From: Candidatus Kerfeldbacteria bacterium
GTDB lineage: Bacteria; Patescibacteriota; Patescibacteriia; UBA9570
Length of the DNA: 64,000 bases
Assembly (NCBI GenBank): GCA_016182495.1
Contig: JACPGK010000002.1
Span: 12,581-76,580 of the forward strand
Direction: 5' to 3'
Part shown: positions 28,361 to 37,362 of the stretch, piece by piece
How positions within the stretch are numbered: the stretch's first letter is position 1
Layout: each line of letters starts with the position of its first letter
Notes under the pieces: model-generated
What the model was told of the DNA's origin: nothing
The model's database searches: none
Seen by the model: only the letters and a program-made list of their open reading frames with translations
Program-made: the position numbers and the translations under genes

Positions 28361-29569
28361 ATGAAGCGCTCGATCGTCCTTCTCATCACGCTGGTGACCA
28401 TGGTGGTCGCTGGCATCCCCAACAACTCCGTCGCGTGTGGGGTTACCCCCACCAGCTCGACCAACGAGAGGTTGGATGAGCATGGTGATACTTACACCAT
28501 CGACAACGACGACAACACTTACGCGTTGATCACCGACCTCTACGCCGACATCTACCCGGTGTTGCCCAACCAGAGCTACTCGGGATTCCATCTCGAGGCC
28601 TACTCCGCCTGCCTGGACAACGTCATCAACGTGAACATCGGGTACTGGGATGATGGTGTTGAGTTGTACGTCAACATCATCACCGAGGAGTTCCTGGTCA
28701 ACGATGGGGATAGCATCTCGTTTTCCTTCTCCCCTGTCGTCACTACTTCATTTCAGGTCATCATCATCGACTATAGCTGTGAGCTTGGTGTTCGTGAGAT
28801 GGCTGCGGTGGCGACGTACGAGTCCTGCAACGGCATCGACGACACCTGCGACGGTGCGGTTGACGAGGGCTACGACCTCGATGCCGATGGCTACACCTCG
28901 TGCGGCGGCGACTGTGTCGACACCGACCCCACGGTCAACCCCGGCGCCACCGAGCTGTGCGACGAGCAGGACAACGACTGCGACGGTGCCACCGACAACG
29001 ACTGCGACGGTGATGACGACACCACGCCGGTCGAGGACGACGATACGACGTCCGATGACGACACCACCGCGGACGACGACGACACGCCACCCGACGACGA
29101 CACGCCACCCGACGATGACACGACCTCGGGAGATGACGACACCACGGCCGATGACGACACCACGGCCGATGACGATACGACGGTGAACGACGATGACACG
29201 ACCTCGGGAGATGACGACACCACGGCCGATGACGACACCACTACGGTGGACGATGACGATACGACGGTGAACGACGATGACACCACGCCGCCCGAGGATG
29301 ACAACGACGGCGACGGGTACACGATGAACGACGGCGACTGCGATGACGCCGACAACGACGTCTACCCGGGCGCGGTCGAGCTGTGCGACGAGCAGGACAA
29401 CGACTGCGACGGCAACGTCGACGAGGATCCCGACGACTGCGGCGACTCCGGTCTGGACCGGGTGATCGCCTGCGGTGGGGGCTGCGACGCCTCCACCGGT
29501 GGTAGCCAGCAGGCCTGGATGGGTCTGCTGGTGGCGGTGATCCTGCTGCTGCGTCGCAGGCAGCAGTGA
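28361..29569 (+). CDS. Secreted acidic repeat protein with MopE-like putative metal-binding Cys motifs and MYXO-CTERM-like tail (GC-rich, foreign-looking)
   Basis: Signal peptide MKRSIVLLITLVTMVVAG; three CxDxDxDGxxxC..PGAxELCDEQDNDCDG modules; DDDTT(A/S/V) tandem repeats; C-terminal CGGGC..hydrophobic..RRRQQ; GAC/ACC/GCC-rich codons unlike neighbours. Start at ATG 28361 (GGAAAGGG SD) preferred over GTG 28328. Confidence 0.75.
   Translation: MKRSIVLLITLVTMVVAGIPNNSVACGVTPTSSTNERLDEHGDTYTIDNDDNTYALITDLYADIYPVLPNQSYSGFHLEAYSACLDNVINVNIGYWDDGVELYVNIITEEFLVNDGDSISFSFSPVVTTSFQVIIIDYSCELGVREMAAVATYESCNGIDDTCDGAVDEGYDLDADGYTSCGGDCVDTDPTVNPGATELCDEQDNDCDGATDNDCDGDDDTTPVEDDDTTSDDDTTADDDDTPPDDDTPPDDDTTSGDDDTTADDDTTADDDTTVNDDDTTSGDDDTTADDDTTTVDDDDTTVNDDDTTPPEDDNDGDGYTMNDGDCDDADNDVYPGAVELCDEQDNDCDGNVDEDPDDCGDSGLDRVIACGGGCDASTGGSQQAWMGLLVAVILLLRRRQQ
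29011..29295 (+). repeat. In-frame tandem repeats (18-nt GATGACGACACCACGGCC-like units nested in an approximately 84-nt higher-order repeat)
   Basis: Repeated gatgacacgacctcgggagatgacgacaccacggccgatgacgacacca block seen twice about 84 nt apart; encodes DDDTT[AS] tracts. Confidence 0.8.
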
Positions 29570-29603
29570 TCAATAGAGAAGGGTAAAGGTTCAGGAGGAA
29601 TCG

Positions 29604-29642
29604 GGGGAGGAGAGCTGTACAAAAAACACCGCTCTACTCCCC
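29604..29642. other. GC-rich hairpin between convergent genes (12-bp stem with 1 mismatch, 15-nt loop), no U-tract
   Basis: GGGGAGGAGAGC..GCTCTACTCCCC inverted repeat 35 nt after the GC-rich gene stop. Confidence 0.4.
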
Positions 29643-29690
29643 TACCCAAATAAGCCAGCTACAATTTCACAATGTACCGTAGCTAGTTTA

Positions 29691-30941
29691 TTACGGTAAA
29701 TACAACATCGGGTCAACCGGAATGCCGTTCAACAACACACTAAAATGCACATGTGAACCAGTAGAAAACGCCCCGGCTCCAGTGGTGCCGGGCAAGCCCC
29801 CAACATAAGCTACCACTTGGCCTTGGTTCACAGGTTGATCTGGTTCAATATTAGGAGCAATGCCGCTAACGTGCCCATACACCGTAGCAAAGTTATCCGC
29901 ATGCACAATCATCACATAGGCATAACTGGGTGAGCCATCAAATCGTACTACGGCCACTACCCCGCTATCAGCAGCTTTGAGGGGCGTGCCTTGGGGCGCG
30001 GCAATATCAATGGCATCGTGTTCAAAATAGCGCCGAAAAATATAATTAGGATCATGAAACGTAGTGGTGATTACTCCATTCACTGGCCAAATCGGTTGAA
30101 ACTCGGTTGGTAAGGTGAAATTAGCATTATCGTTTATGCCTGAACCAGTTTGGGCTTTAGTGAGTTGATCAAGGGTAGTGCGAGCAGATTTTTCTAAGGC
30201 AGATAATTCTGAATGAACGGCGGTTTGCTCATCTTGCAAATTTTTAACTAATTGCTGAAATTTAGCTTCATCATTTTGCACTTCGGTTAACAGGTTTTTT
30301 TTGTAATTTTTTTCACCAGCTAAAGAATCTTGCCGCACTTCTAATTCTTGTTCTTTTTCTTCGGCAGTTTGCTGACGATCGGATAAAACATCCTGATCTT
30401 CTTGCAGTTGTTGTTTTAAGGCTTGCAAATCAAGCAGGGCTTTGGTAAATTGCGTATTGACTTTTTCGGTATACTCAACCTGTTCGGAAAATTCCGACAA
30501 GGTTTGGTGAGTTAAGGCCACTTCAAGATAAGTTTGTTGTTCAAAATTATACAAATCAAGCACTAAAGCGCTGATTTGACCTTTTTTATCATCGACCTGT
30601 TCAGTTGTAGTAGCAATATCTATGGCCAGTTGATCAATTTGTAGCCCGAGCGTTTCAATTTCGTTACCGGTTTGCTCAATTTCAGTTTCATTAATAATAA
30701 TATCTTGATCAATCACTTCTAATTGACTGGTTAAATTTAATTTTTCTTGCTGTTTGGTTTTTAAGTTTTCTCGATAGGTATTAATTTTTTCTTCCAAACC
30801 ATCATTTTCCGATCGTTTTCGTTCAATATCAGCATTTAAACGATTTAATTTTTGTTGGGTAGCCGAATCATCCGCTGCTAGCGCCGGCCTAGCACACAGT
30901 ACCATCAGTAAACAAAGGCTACGAAGTGTGATCCATTTCAT
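29691..30941 (-). CDS. M23 family peptidase with N-terminal coiled-coil (EnvC/NlpD-like murein hydrolase or activator)
   Basis: Signal peptide, long heptad coiled-coil, C-terminal HDAID and HVHFSV (HxxxD, HxH) M23 motifs. Confidence 0.8.
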   Translation of the reverse strand: MKWITLRSLCLLMVLCARPALAADDSATQQKLNRLNADIERKRSENDGLEEKINTYRENLKTKQQEKLNLTSQLEVIDQDIIINETEIEQTGNEIETLGLQIDQLAIDIATTTEQVDDKKGQISALVLDLYNFEQQTYLEVALTHQTLSEFSEQVEYTEKVNTQFTKALLDLQALKQQLQEDQDVLSDRQQTAEEKEQELEVRQDSLAGEKNYKKNLLTEVQNDEAKFQQLVKNLQDEQTAVHSELSALEKSARTTLDQLTKAQTGSGINDNANFTLPTEFQPIWPVNGVITTTFHDPNYIFRRYFEHDAIDIAAPQGTPLKAADSGVVAVVRFDGSPSYAYVMIVHADNFATVYGHVSGIAPNIEPDQPVNQGQVVAYVGGLPGTTGAGAFSTGSHVHFSVLLNGIPVDPMLYLP

Positions 30942-32355
30942 AGTACGATGATAGCAAATTAATGGCTTGTTGCACACGCGCCAGAGTACGATCTTTTCCT
31001 AAAATAGCCGCTACGGCAAAGGGTGGTGGTGACGCTTTAACCCCAGTTAAGGCCACTCGCCAGGGCCACAAAATATCACCATTGTGTAACTGGTGTTGTT
31101 GAATCCAGGTAATAATGGTGTGTTCCAAATTGGTGGCTTGCCAGGTGGTGAGCTGTTGCAATTGTTCCAACAGCAGCTGTAAATAATGAGCGGTGTTTGC
31201 CGCAGTAGTTTTTTTCCACAGTAACAGGTTCGCTTCGTAGGTTAATTGATCGGTAAAGAAAAAAGTGCTGTTCGCAGTAATGTCAGAGAATTTTTTCAGA
31301 CGATCTTGTTCTAACGCTACAATCTGACTGATATAATCGATTGGGGCAGCTGGTAGATACGGCTGGCAATAGGTTATCAGTTCGGCTAAGGGCAGTTGCC
31401 GAATATATTGCCCATTAAACCAATCTAATTTTTCGGTATCAAAAATGGGGTTGGCATGGTTGATGTGTTGTAAATCAAAAGCCTGAATTAATTCAGCCAG
31501 GCTAAATATTTCTTGACTGGTTTTTGGATTCCAGCCAAGTAAAGCAATAAAGTTTACTACGGCCTGTGGCAAATAGCCTAATGATTTATATTCCAGCAAA
31601 CCAGTAGCACCTTCGCGCTTGGATAACTTACCGCCACCTTTTTTAATAAATAACGATAAATGGGCAAACACCGGCGGCGTCCAACCGCAGGCTTGGTACA
31701 GTAATACGTGTTTCGGCGTTGATGGAATCCATTCTTCCCCTCGAATTACATGAGTAATGTTACTAGCATGATCATCCACCACATTGGCTAAATGATAGGT
31801 TGGAAAACCATCCGATTTTAACAAAATTTGATCATCAAGTTCGCTACAGGCAAACTCAATTCGTCCACGCACGGCATCATCAATCGTAATCGTACCACTA
31901 TCCGGCACATTTAAACGAATAACATACGACTCATGTTGATCCAGTTTATGCTGAAGCTCTGCATTGGTTAACCGTAAGCAAGTTTTATCGTATTTAGGCG
32001 CGCGGCCTTTGGTACGTTGAATTTGACGCATTAACTCCAACCGCTCTGGCGTGCAAAAACAGTAATAAGCTGTACCACGCTTGACCAAAGTTTCAGCCTG
32101 CTGACGATATTCGTGAGTACGAGTTGATTGTTTGATGACAGGTTCTTCCCAATCAATCCCCAGCCAGCGCAAACCTTCATAAATACTAGCTTCGGCTTCA
32201 GGATGATAACGAGCTTGATCGGTATCTTCAATCCGTAATAAAAATTTACCGTGATTATGCTTGGCCCATAAATACGAATACAAAGCGGTGCGAGCGCCGC
32301 CAATGTGTAGGTGGCCGGTGGGAGATGGAGCAAATCGAGTAATTACTTGTGCCAT
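30919..32355 (-). CDS. gltX: Glutamyl-tRNA synthetase
   Basis: HIGGARTALYSYLWAKH (HIGH), GGKLSKREG (KMSKS-like); start at 32355 (MAQVITRFAPSPTG) preferred over 32397. Confidence 0.85.
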   Translation of the reverse strand: MAQVITRFAPSPTGHLHIGGARTALYSYLWAKHNHGKFLLRIEDTDQARYHPEAEASIYEGLRWLGIDWEEPVIKQSTRTHEYRQQAETLVKRGTAYYCFCTPERLELMRQIQRTKGRAPKYDKTCLRLTNAELQHKLDQHESYVIRLNVPDSGTITIDDAVRGRIEFACSELDDQILLKSDGFPTYHLANVVDDHASNITHVIRGEEWIPSTPKHVLLYQACGWTPPVFAHLSLFIKKGGGKLSKREGATGLLEYKSLGYLPQAVVNFIALLGWNPKTSQEIFSLAELIQAFDLQHINHANPIFDTEKLDWFNGQYIRQLPLAELITYCQPYLPAAPIDYISQIVALEQDRLKKFSDITANSTFFFTDQLTYEANLLLWKKTTAANTAHYLQLLLEQLQQLTTWQATNLEHTIITWIQQHQLHNGDILWPWRVALTGVKASPPPFAVAAILGKDRTLARVQQAINLLSSYYEMDHTS

Positions 32356-33044
32356 GATTGTACTACTAGCCACGGAAATACCACTACGGCTTGCCAAATA
32401 CGCTTAAAGCGGTGTGGTTGAATAATTAAACGCCACAGCCATTCTAGCTTAAGTGTACGAAATAATAAAGGCGCTCGAATTTGCTGACCAGTGAGATAAT
32501 CAATGCCGCCTCCAACCGTTAGCACTACTCGACTGTTAGCCAAATTAGCCCGGTTATGTTCTACCCACTGCTCTTGAGCTGGAGAACCTAGCGCAACAAT
32601 CACTAAGGCCGGCGCTGGCTTGGTAAATGTGGTAGTGGTTAACTCTACCTGACAGTTCGAATAGCGTTGCTGTAGAGCGGCGGCAATAGCAGAGCCACTT
32701 GATAACCCAGCCGGATTATAGCATACCCCCACAGTGAGTTGATGTTGATTGGCATAATCGAGTAAAGCAAACATGGTATCAACACCCGTCACTACTGTTT
32801 GTATTGCACCGCGACTGGCCCACACCGTACCTTGGCCATCGGGCAGTAACACATCGGCTGTATTTAACACAGTTTGAAAAGTATTATGTCGGCGAGCAGC
32901 TACTAAAATTTCTGGGTTGGGAGTAAATACAATTATTGGCCGCTCACTAGCCTCGGCGTGTAACTGCTGGATGAGGTAGTGCCATAACGGTTGCTGTGGA
33001 GTGGTGGTAATTCGTACGCCAAGAATGCTTGTTTCGGTCAGCAT
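32343..33044 (-). CDS. WecB/TagA/CpsF-family glycosyltransferase (GT26)
   Basis: ILGVRIT N-terminus and VLLPDGQGTVWASRG motif characteristic of GT26. Confidence 0.7.
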   Translation of the reverse strand: MLTETSILGVRITTTPQQPLWHYLIQQLHAEASERPIIVFTPNPEILVAARRHNTFQTVLNTADVLLPDGQGTVWASRGAIQTVVTGVDTMFALLDYANQHQLTVGVCYNPAGLSSGSAIAAALQQRYSNCQVELTTTTFTKPAPALVIVALGSPAQEQWVEHNRANLANSRVVLTVGGGIDYLTGQQIRAPLLFRTLKLEWLWRLIIQPHRFKRIWQAVVVFPWLVVQSWHK

Positions 33045-33047
33045 GCC

Positions 33048-33076
33048 TTGAAGTATAGCATAGAATTTAGTATACT
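33048..33076 (+). promoter_or_regulatory. Sigma-70-like promoter TTGAAG-N17-TATACT followed by GGAG SD
   Basis: -35 33048-33053, -10 33071-33076, GGAG 33077-33080, ATG 33083. Confidence 0.55.
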
Positions 33077-33082
33077 GGAGCT

Positions 33083-34534
33083 ATGAAATTGGGCCGTTTT
33101 GTTTGGATAATAACGATCATACTACTGCCAATTGGAGCAATGGCAGCTACCTTTAATCCTCATCGCATCATTAGTGATGACGATATGATCGACTATCACC
33201 GTATGACCTTATCGAGTGTAGCGGCTTTTTTGCTTCAGCAAGGTGGTATTTTAGGCAGTTATAGTACGATTGATGTGGATGGCACCGAACACAGTGCTGC
33301 CGAAATTATTTATAATGCTTCGCAACGCTATCGTTTAAACCCACAATTTTTGTTGGCGCAAATTCAAAAAGAATCCAGTTTGGTCACTGGCCAACGAACC
33401 GATTTATTAGATTGGGCCTTGGGTTATGGCGTGTGTGATGGCTGCAGTAAAACTCACCCTAATGTGATCAAGTATAAAGGCTTTGCTAAACAAGTAGCTG
33501 CCGCCAGTAGTAGAATTCGTGATTCGTATTTAGCCGATTTGGCTGCTCGCAATAGCACTATTTCTGGCTGGGGGGTTGGTCGTAGCAAAACTACGCTTGA
33601 TGGTATTACCATTACTCCTCAAAACCAAGCCACGGCGGCATTGTATACCTATACCCCTTGGGTTGGATATTATGGTGGTGATGTTTCGGTTGGCGGCAAC
33701 TCGTTATTCTTTGATTTGATGGAACGATTTTTTCCCAATCGCAGTTCTTATATTTTAGAATATCCAAACTTAAGCTTATTACAGGATGTGACTACTGGCA
33801 GCGTGTATAAGTTAGAAGATAATTTATTGCGGCCAATTACATCAACCACGGCCTTACTGGCTAATTATGATCCAGCTCGCATTATACCGGTTGAAACTGA
33901 AGTGATTTATCGTTACAGCGTAGGTGATCTCATTAGTTTTCCTAAATTTATTTTAGTGCAAGATCCCACTGGTGGTATTCATTTGATCGATCAGCACCAT
34001 AAGCGCCGAGCCATTACTTCGGCTGAAATATTTCAATCATTAGGCTTTAATCCAGAAATGGTTTTACCGATCAGTGCTGAAACGTTGAGTACCATTCCAC
34101 AAGCTCCACCACTAACGCAAGCTGATATTTATCCATTAGGAGCGCTGTTACAAAACCCCACCACCGGAGCGGTATCGTATTTAGATCCAGCTACTACTTT
34201 GCACCCGGTGTGGGATAAATCAATCATTACTAATCGTTTTAAAGGATACGGTATTTATCAAGCTAAACCGGAACAGTTGAACAGCTATGCTAGCGGCGAC
34301 CCGGTGCGCTTAAGTGATGGTACATTGGTAAAAATTCCTGAACGGAATACCGTGTATGTAATTGATCAAGGTAAAAAAAGAGCCATTCCATCTACTGAAG
34401 TGCTTGATCGATTAGGTGGTTTTGCGGATGTTATTACTACCTCTAAAGCAGTCTTAAAATTACACCCGGCGGGCGAACCATTACAATTGAAAAAATCCAC
34501 CGCTAAAAAAACTATTAAAAAACATAAATCATAA
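33083..34534 (+). CDS. Secreted protein with N-terminal putative cell-wall-hydrolase-like region and four C-terminal about 60-aa internal repeats
   Basis: Signal peptide; LNPQFLLAQIQKESSL resembles lytic-transglycosylase/glucosaminidase E-S catalytic region (weak); repeats of pattern [VI]Y.ID..(K/H)KR(A)I.S.EV(F/L)..LG. Confidence 0.5.
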   Translation: MKLGRFVWIITIILLPIGAMAATFNPHRIISDDDMIDYHRMTLSSVAAFLLQQGGILGSYSTIDVDGTEHSAAEIIYNASQRYRLNPQFLLAQIQKESSLVTGQRTDLLDWALGYGVCDGCSKTHPNVIKYKGFAKQVAAASSRIRDSYLADLAARNSTISGWGVGRSKTTLDGITITPQNQATAALYTYTPWVGYYGGDVSVGGNSLFFDLMERFFPNRSSYILEYPNLSLLQDVTTGSVYKLEDNLLRPITSTTALLANYDPARIIPVETEVIYRYSVGDLISFPKFILVQDPTGGIHLIDQHHKRRAITSAEIFQSLGFNPEMVLPISAETLSTIPQAPPLTQADIYPLGALLQNPTTGAVSYLDPATTLHPVWDKSIITNRFKGYGIYQAKPEQLNSYASGDPVRLSDGTLVKIPERNTVYVIDQGKKRAIPSTEVLDRLGGFADVITTSKAVLKLHPAGEPLQLKKSTAKKTIKKHKS

Positions 34535-34537
34535 GGT

Positions 34538-35314
34538 ATGTCATTAGTATTTGCTGGCATCATTCCTCACTCGCCGGTCACCTTGCCACATATTCATCCA
34601 ACCAAGCAGGCTGATATTACCCAAACTATGGGGGCTTTAAAAGAGCTTGAGGGTGAATTATACGTGATGCAACCAGATACTATCATGATTATTTCACCGC
34701 ATGCGCCGATGGCCGAAGCTGCTTTTGCTATTAATTTAGCACCACAATTTTCTGGTCATTTTCAAGAATTTGGTGATATTACCAGCAGCTATCAATGGCA
34801 TTGCGATGTTGAATTGATTAGCAAAATACGAGAATACATTGATGCTCATGGTGGAGAAAAAGTGATTGTGTTATCGCAACCACTGCTCGATTATGGTGCA
34901 ACTATTCCCCTGGTGCACGTAACTGGTCATTTACCAAAGGTTAAGATAGTGCCGCTTAGTATTTGCTTGGGTTCGATTGAACAACATTTTCGTTTTGGAC
35001 AAATACTACGCAGTGTCGTCACTGCTAGTAATAAACGCATTGCTTTATTAGCCTCCACCGATTTAGCCCAGGCTGATAATGCTGCGGCTGCCAGTTTTGA
35101 TTATACGGTTCAAAAAAGTGTCCAGCAACAAGATTATCAGGCTATGATCGCACTCCAACCAGCCTTAATTCAAGCTGCCGAAGCAGACCGAGCGCAAAAA
35201 ACGTTAGCCATTTTTTTTGGAGCTCTCAATGCGGTAGTTGCCACCAGTAAAATTTTATCCTACCAACGACCATACGGCACTGGACTATTAGTGACTCAAT
35301 TTAACTTAATTTAA
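34538..35314 (+). CDS. LigB/MEMO1-like class III extradiol dioxygenase-family protein (tentative)
   Basis: IIPHSP and ISPHAP His-containing motifs at positions expected for the family; low certainty. Confidence 0.35.
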   Translation: MSLVFAGIIPHSPVTLPHIHPTKQADITQTMGALKELEGELYVMQPDTIMIISPHAPMAEAAFAINLAPQFSGHFQEFGDITSSYQWHCDVELISKIREYIDAHGGEKVIVLSQPLLDYGATIPLVHVTGHLPKVKIVPLSICLGSIEQHFRFGQILRSVVTASNKRIALLASTDLAQADNAAAASFDYTVQKSVQQQDYQAMIALQPALIQAAEADRAQKTLAIFFGALNAVVATSKILSYQRPYGTGLLVTQFNLI

Positions 35315-35318
35315 TGTC

Positions 35319-36878
35319 ATGCAGTATGTTCAAGTGGTACCAGCCATCCGTAGTATTCGTGGTAAAGATATTTTTACCTATCATACCACTACCGCGCAAA
35401 CGGTAGTGCCTGGGCAACTGGTTGAAATTCCTTGGCGCCAAAAAACTATCAGTGGCGTAGTGTGGGCGCTAGAAACTAGCGTACCAGCTTTTGCAACAAA
35501 ACCAATTAGCAAAGCCTACCCAATTATTTTACCTGGTTGGTATCGAGATTTCATTACCTGGTTGGCGCAGTGGTATTATATCGCGCGCAGCCATGCTTTA
35601 AAAATGTGTTTACCAACTATGCCAAAACGTTGGTCAGCCAATACTGTTCCTAACACCAGCTTGAGCCAAGCTCGTACTAGTCCCCCACCAGTGGTGCAAC
35701 TGTATCAGCGCATCACAACCGTGGCCCAATGGCTAGAGCAGTGGTTACGCTCGCACCCTAATGCTGGTTTAGCTATTATTGTACCAGAAGAAAATGATCT
35801 CGAATTTTGGCGGAAACGTTTGCAATCGTTTCATCCAACTACCCTAACAGCCGGCAGCTCAATTAAAGTATTATGGCAAATTTGGTATCAAAGCTTATTT
35901 AACGACTGTCCTCGATTAGTGATTGGTACAAAAAAGTTAAGTCTATTCCCGCTTCCTAACTACAACCTGGTAGCTATTATTGATCCAGAAAATATCGCTC
36001 ATAAACAGTGGGATTTAAACCCTCGTTTTCAGGTTAATCGTTTGGTGGAGTATTGGGCTAAGCAGGCTGGCACACCGGTAGTTAAATTTAGCCAGGCACC
36101 ACGGGTAGAAGATGTCGCCACTAGTACGATTGATCAAACACTATTATCAACCACCAGCCCGCCGACTATCACGATGGTTGATATGATGACCGAACCGAAC
36201 TTGGTGGCAGAATCTGTGTTAGCAATATGCGCGCAAAAGCACTGTCCATTTTTATGGTTAAATAAAAAAGGCCGCGTTAGCTTTTTAGTATGCCGCGATT
36301 GTCAAACCGTGATCCAACAGTTAACAGTTACTCACTGTCCGCGATGTCGAGGATACAATCTCAAACGCTATGGTCAGGGCACAACTGCCATTGTTGAAAT
36401 TTTACAAAAACATTTCCCAGATCGCTTGATTATAGAATTAACTGACGATCAGGCCGCTGCACTCAAAGCTATCTCCTACGCGGCTAATCCGATTATTATT
36501 GGCACGGTGTTTGCTTGGAAAAAAATTGATTGGTCACAGGTTGATTATGTAGTAGCCTTAGCCGTTGATTGGTTATTAGCTCAACCCGATTTTCGAGCAG
36601 CTGAACACACCTTGCAAGCCTTAATTCAGTTACGTAATTTTACTAGCTCACTAGTCATTCAAACTCATGTGCCCGATCATGCTATTTTTCAGCAATTGAT
36701 GCAATGGTATCCGGCAACATGGTATCAGCACGAACTACAGCAACGGCAACGTTATCATTTTCCGCCAGCTGGTGAGTTGATTAGTGTGCGTCATAGCCGT
36801 ACCCGGGCCAGTTATCAAATCACCACCCTAGCTGATATTCCAACCGATCCGCACTGGATTATTGACAGAGAATTATAA
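35319..36878 (+). CDS. Primosomal protein N' (PriA)-like, helicase motifs degenerate
   Basis: PriA-like 3'-DNA-binding N-terminus, Cys4 zinc ribbon CRDC..CPRC, but no GSGKT Walker A and DEEH replaced by DPEN (AIIDPENIAHKQWD). Confidence 0.6.
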   Translation: MQYVQVVPAIRSIRGKDIFTYHTTTAQTVVPGQLVEIPWRQKTISGVVWALETSVPAFATKPISKAYPIILPGWYRDFITWLAQWYYIARSHALKMCLPTMPKRWSANTVPNTSLSQARTSPPPVVQLYQRITTVAQWLEQWLRSHPNAGLAIIVPEENDLEFWRKRLQSFHPTTLTAGSSIKVLWQIWYQSLFNDCPRLVIGTKKLSLFPLPNYNLVAIIDPENIAHKQWDLNPRFQVNRLVEYWAKQAGTPVVKFSQAPRVEDVATSTIDQTLLSTTSPPTITMVDMMTEPNLVAESVLAICAQKHCPFLWLNKKGRVSFLVCRDCQTVIQQLTVTHCPRCRGYNLKRYGQGTTAIVEILQKHFPDRLIIELTDDQAAALKAISYAANPIIIGTVFAWKKIDWSQVDYVVALAVDWLLAQPDFRAAEHTLQALIQLRNFTSSLVIQTHVPDHAIFQQLMQWYPATWYQHELQQRQRYHFPPAGELISVRHSRTRASYQITTLADIPTDPHWIIDREL

Positions 36879-36900
36879 ACTTGTTACGTTAGCCGATACT

Positions 36901-37362
36901 ATGAGTGTACTACCACTGGTCACGCAACCGCATAAAATTTTACGTCGTCAATCTGTGACTATTGATTTAGCCAAAGCTAACGACTATCAAATTTTGGCTA
37001 GAGATATGATTGAAACGATGCTAGCGAACAATGGTATTGGTTTAGCGGCCCCACAAGTGGGTTATAATCTTACTCTTTTTATCATCAATAAAGAGGTGGC
37101 TGATACACCAGATCATTTAGTATTATGCAATCCAACTATCACTTTTCAATCGGCTGGCCAAAACGTTATGGAAGAAGGTTGTTTATCCTGCCCCACCTTA
37201 TACGGTAACATTCGCCGACCCGAAAAAGTACGGGTGAAAGCCTATGATTTAACCGGGCGTAAACAACTATTCAAAGCCAAGGGATTATTCGCTAAAGTGT
37301 TTCAACATGAAATTGATCATCTGCGTGGCACATTGATCATTGATAAATTTATTAATGAGTAG
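36901..37362 (+). CDS. def: Peptide deformylase
   Basis: GIGLAAPQVG, EGCLS, HEIDHL motifs; def-fmt pair. Confidence 0.9.
   Translation: MSVLPLVTQPHKILRRQSVTIDLAKANDYQILARDMIETMLANNGIGLAAPQVGYNLTLFIINKEVADTPDHLVLCNPTITFQSAGQNVMEEGCLSCPTLYGNIRRPEKVRVKAYDLTGRKQLFKAKGLFAKVFQHEIDHLRGTLIIDKFINE

Noticed and set aside
29011-29295. Possible CRISPR array, suggested by the regular short repeats
   Set aside because: The repeats are contiguous in-frame coding units with no unique spacers. There are no cas genes and no leader.
28280-29645. Interpreting the GC-rich island as a prophage or transposon
   Set aside because: There is no integrase, transposase, terminal inverted repeat or direct-repeat flank. 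It is a single cargo-type gene, so only 'foreign-composition island' is claimed.
28340-29649. Four minus-strand ORFs (83, 154, 110, 95 aa) that are Ser-rich or Arg/Pro-rich, overlapping the GC-rich gene. A plus-strand alternative-frame ORF at 28650..29186 was also seen.
   Set aside because: They are reverse-frame and out-of-frame readings of the GAC/ACC tandem repeats, which automatically give poly-Ser/Val or poly-Arg. They have no start context, and the plus-strand frame has the signal peptide, Cys motifs and sorting tail.
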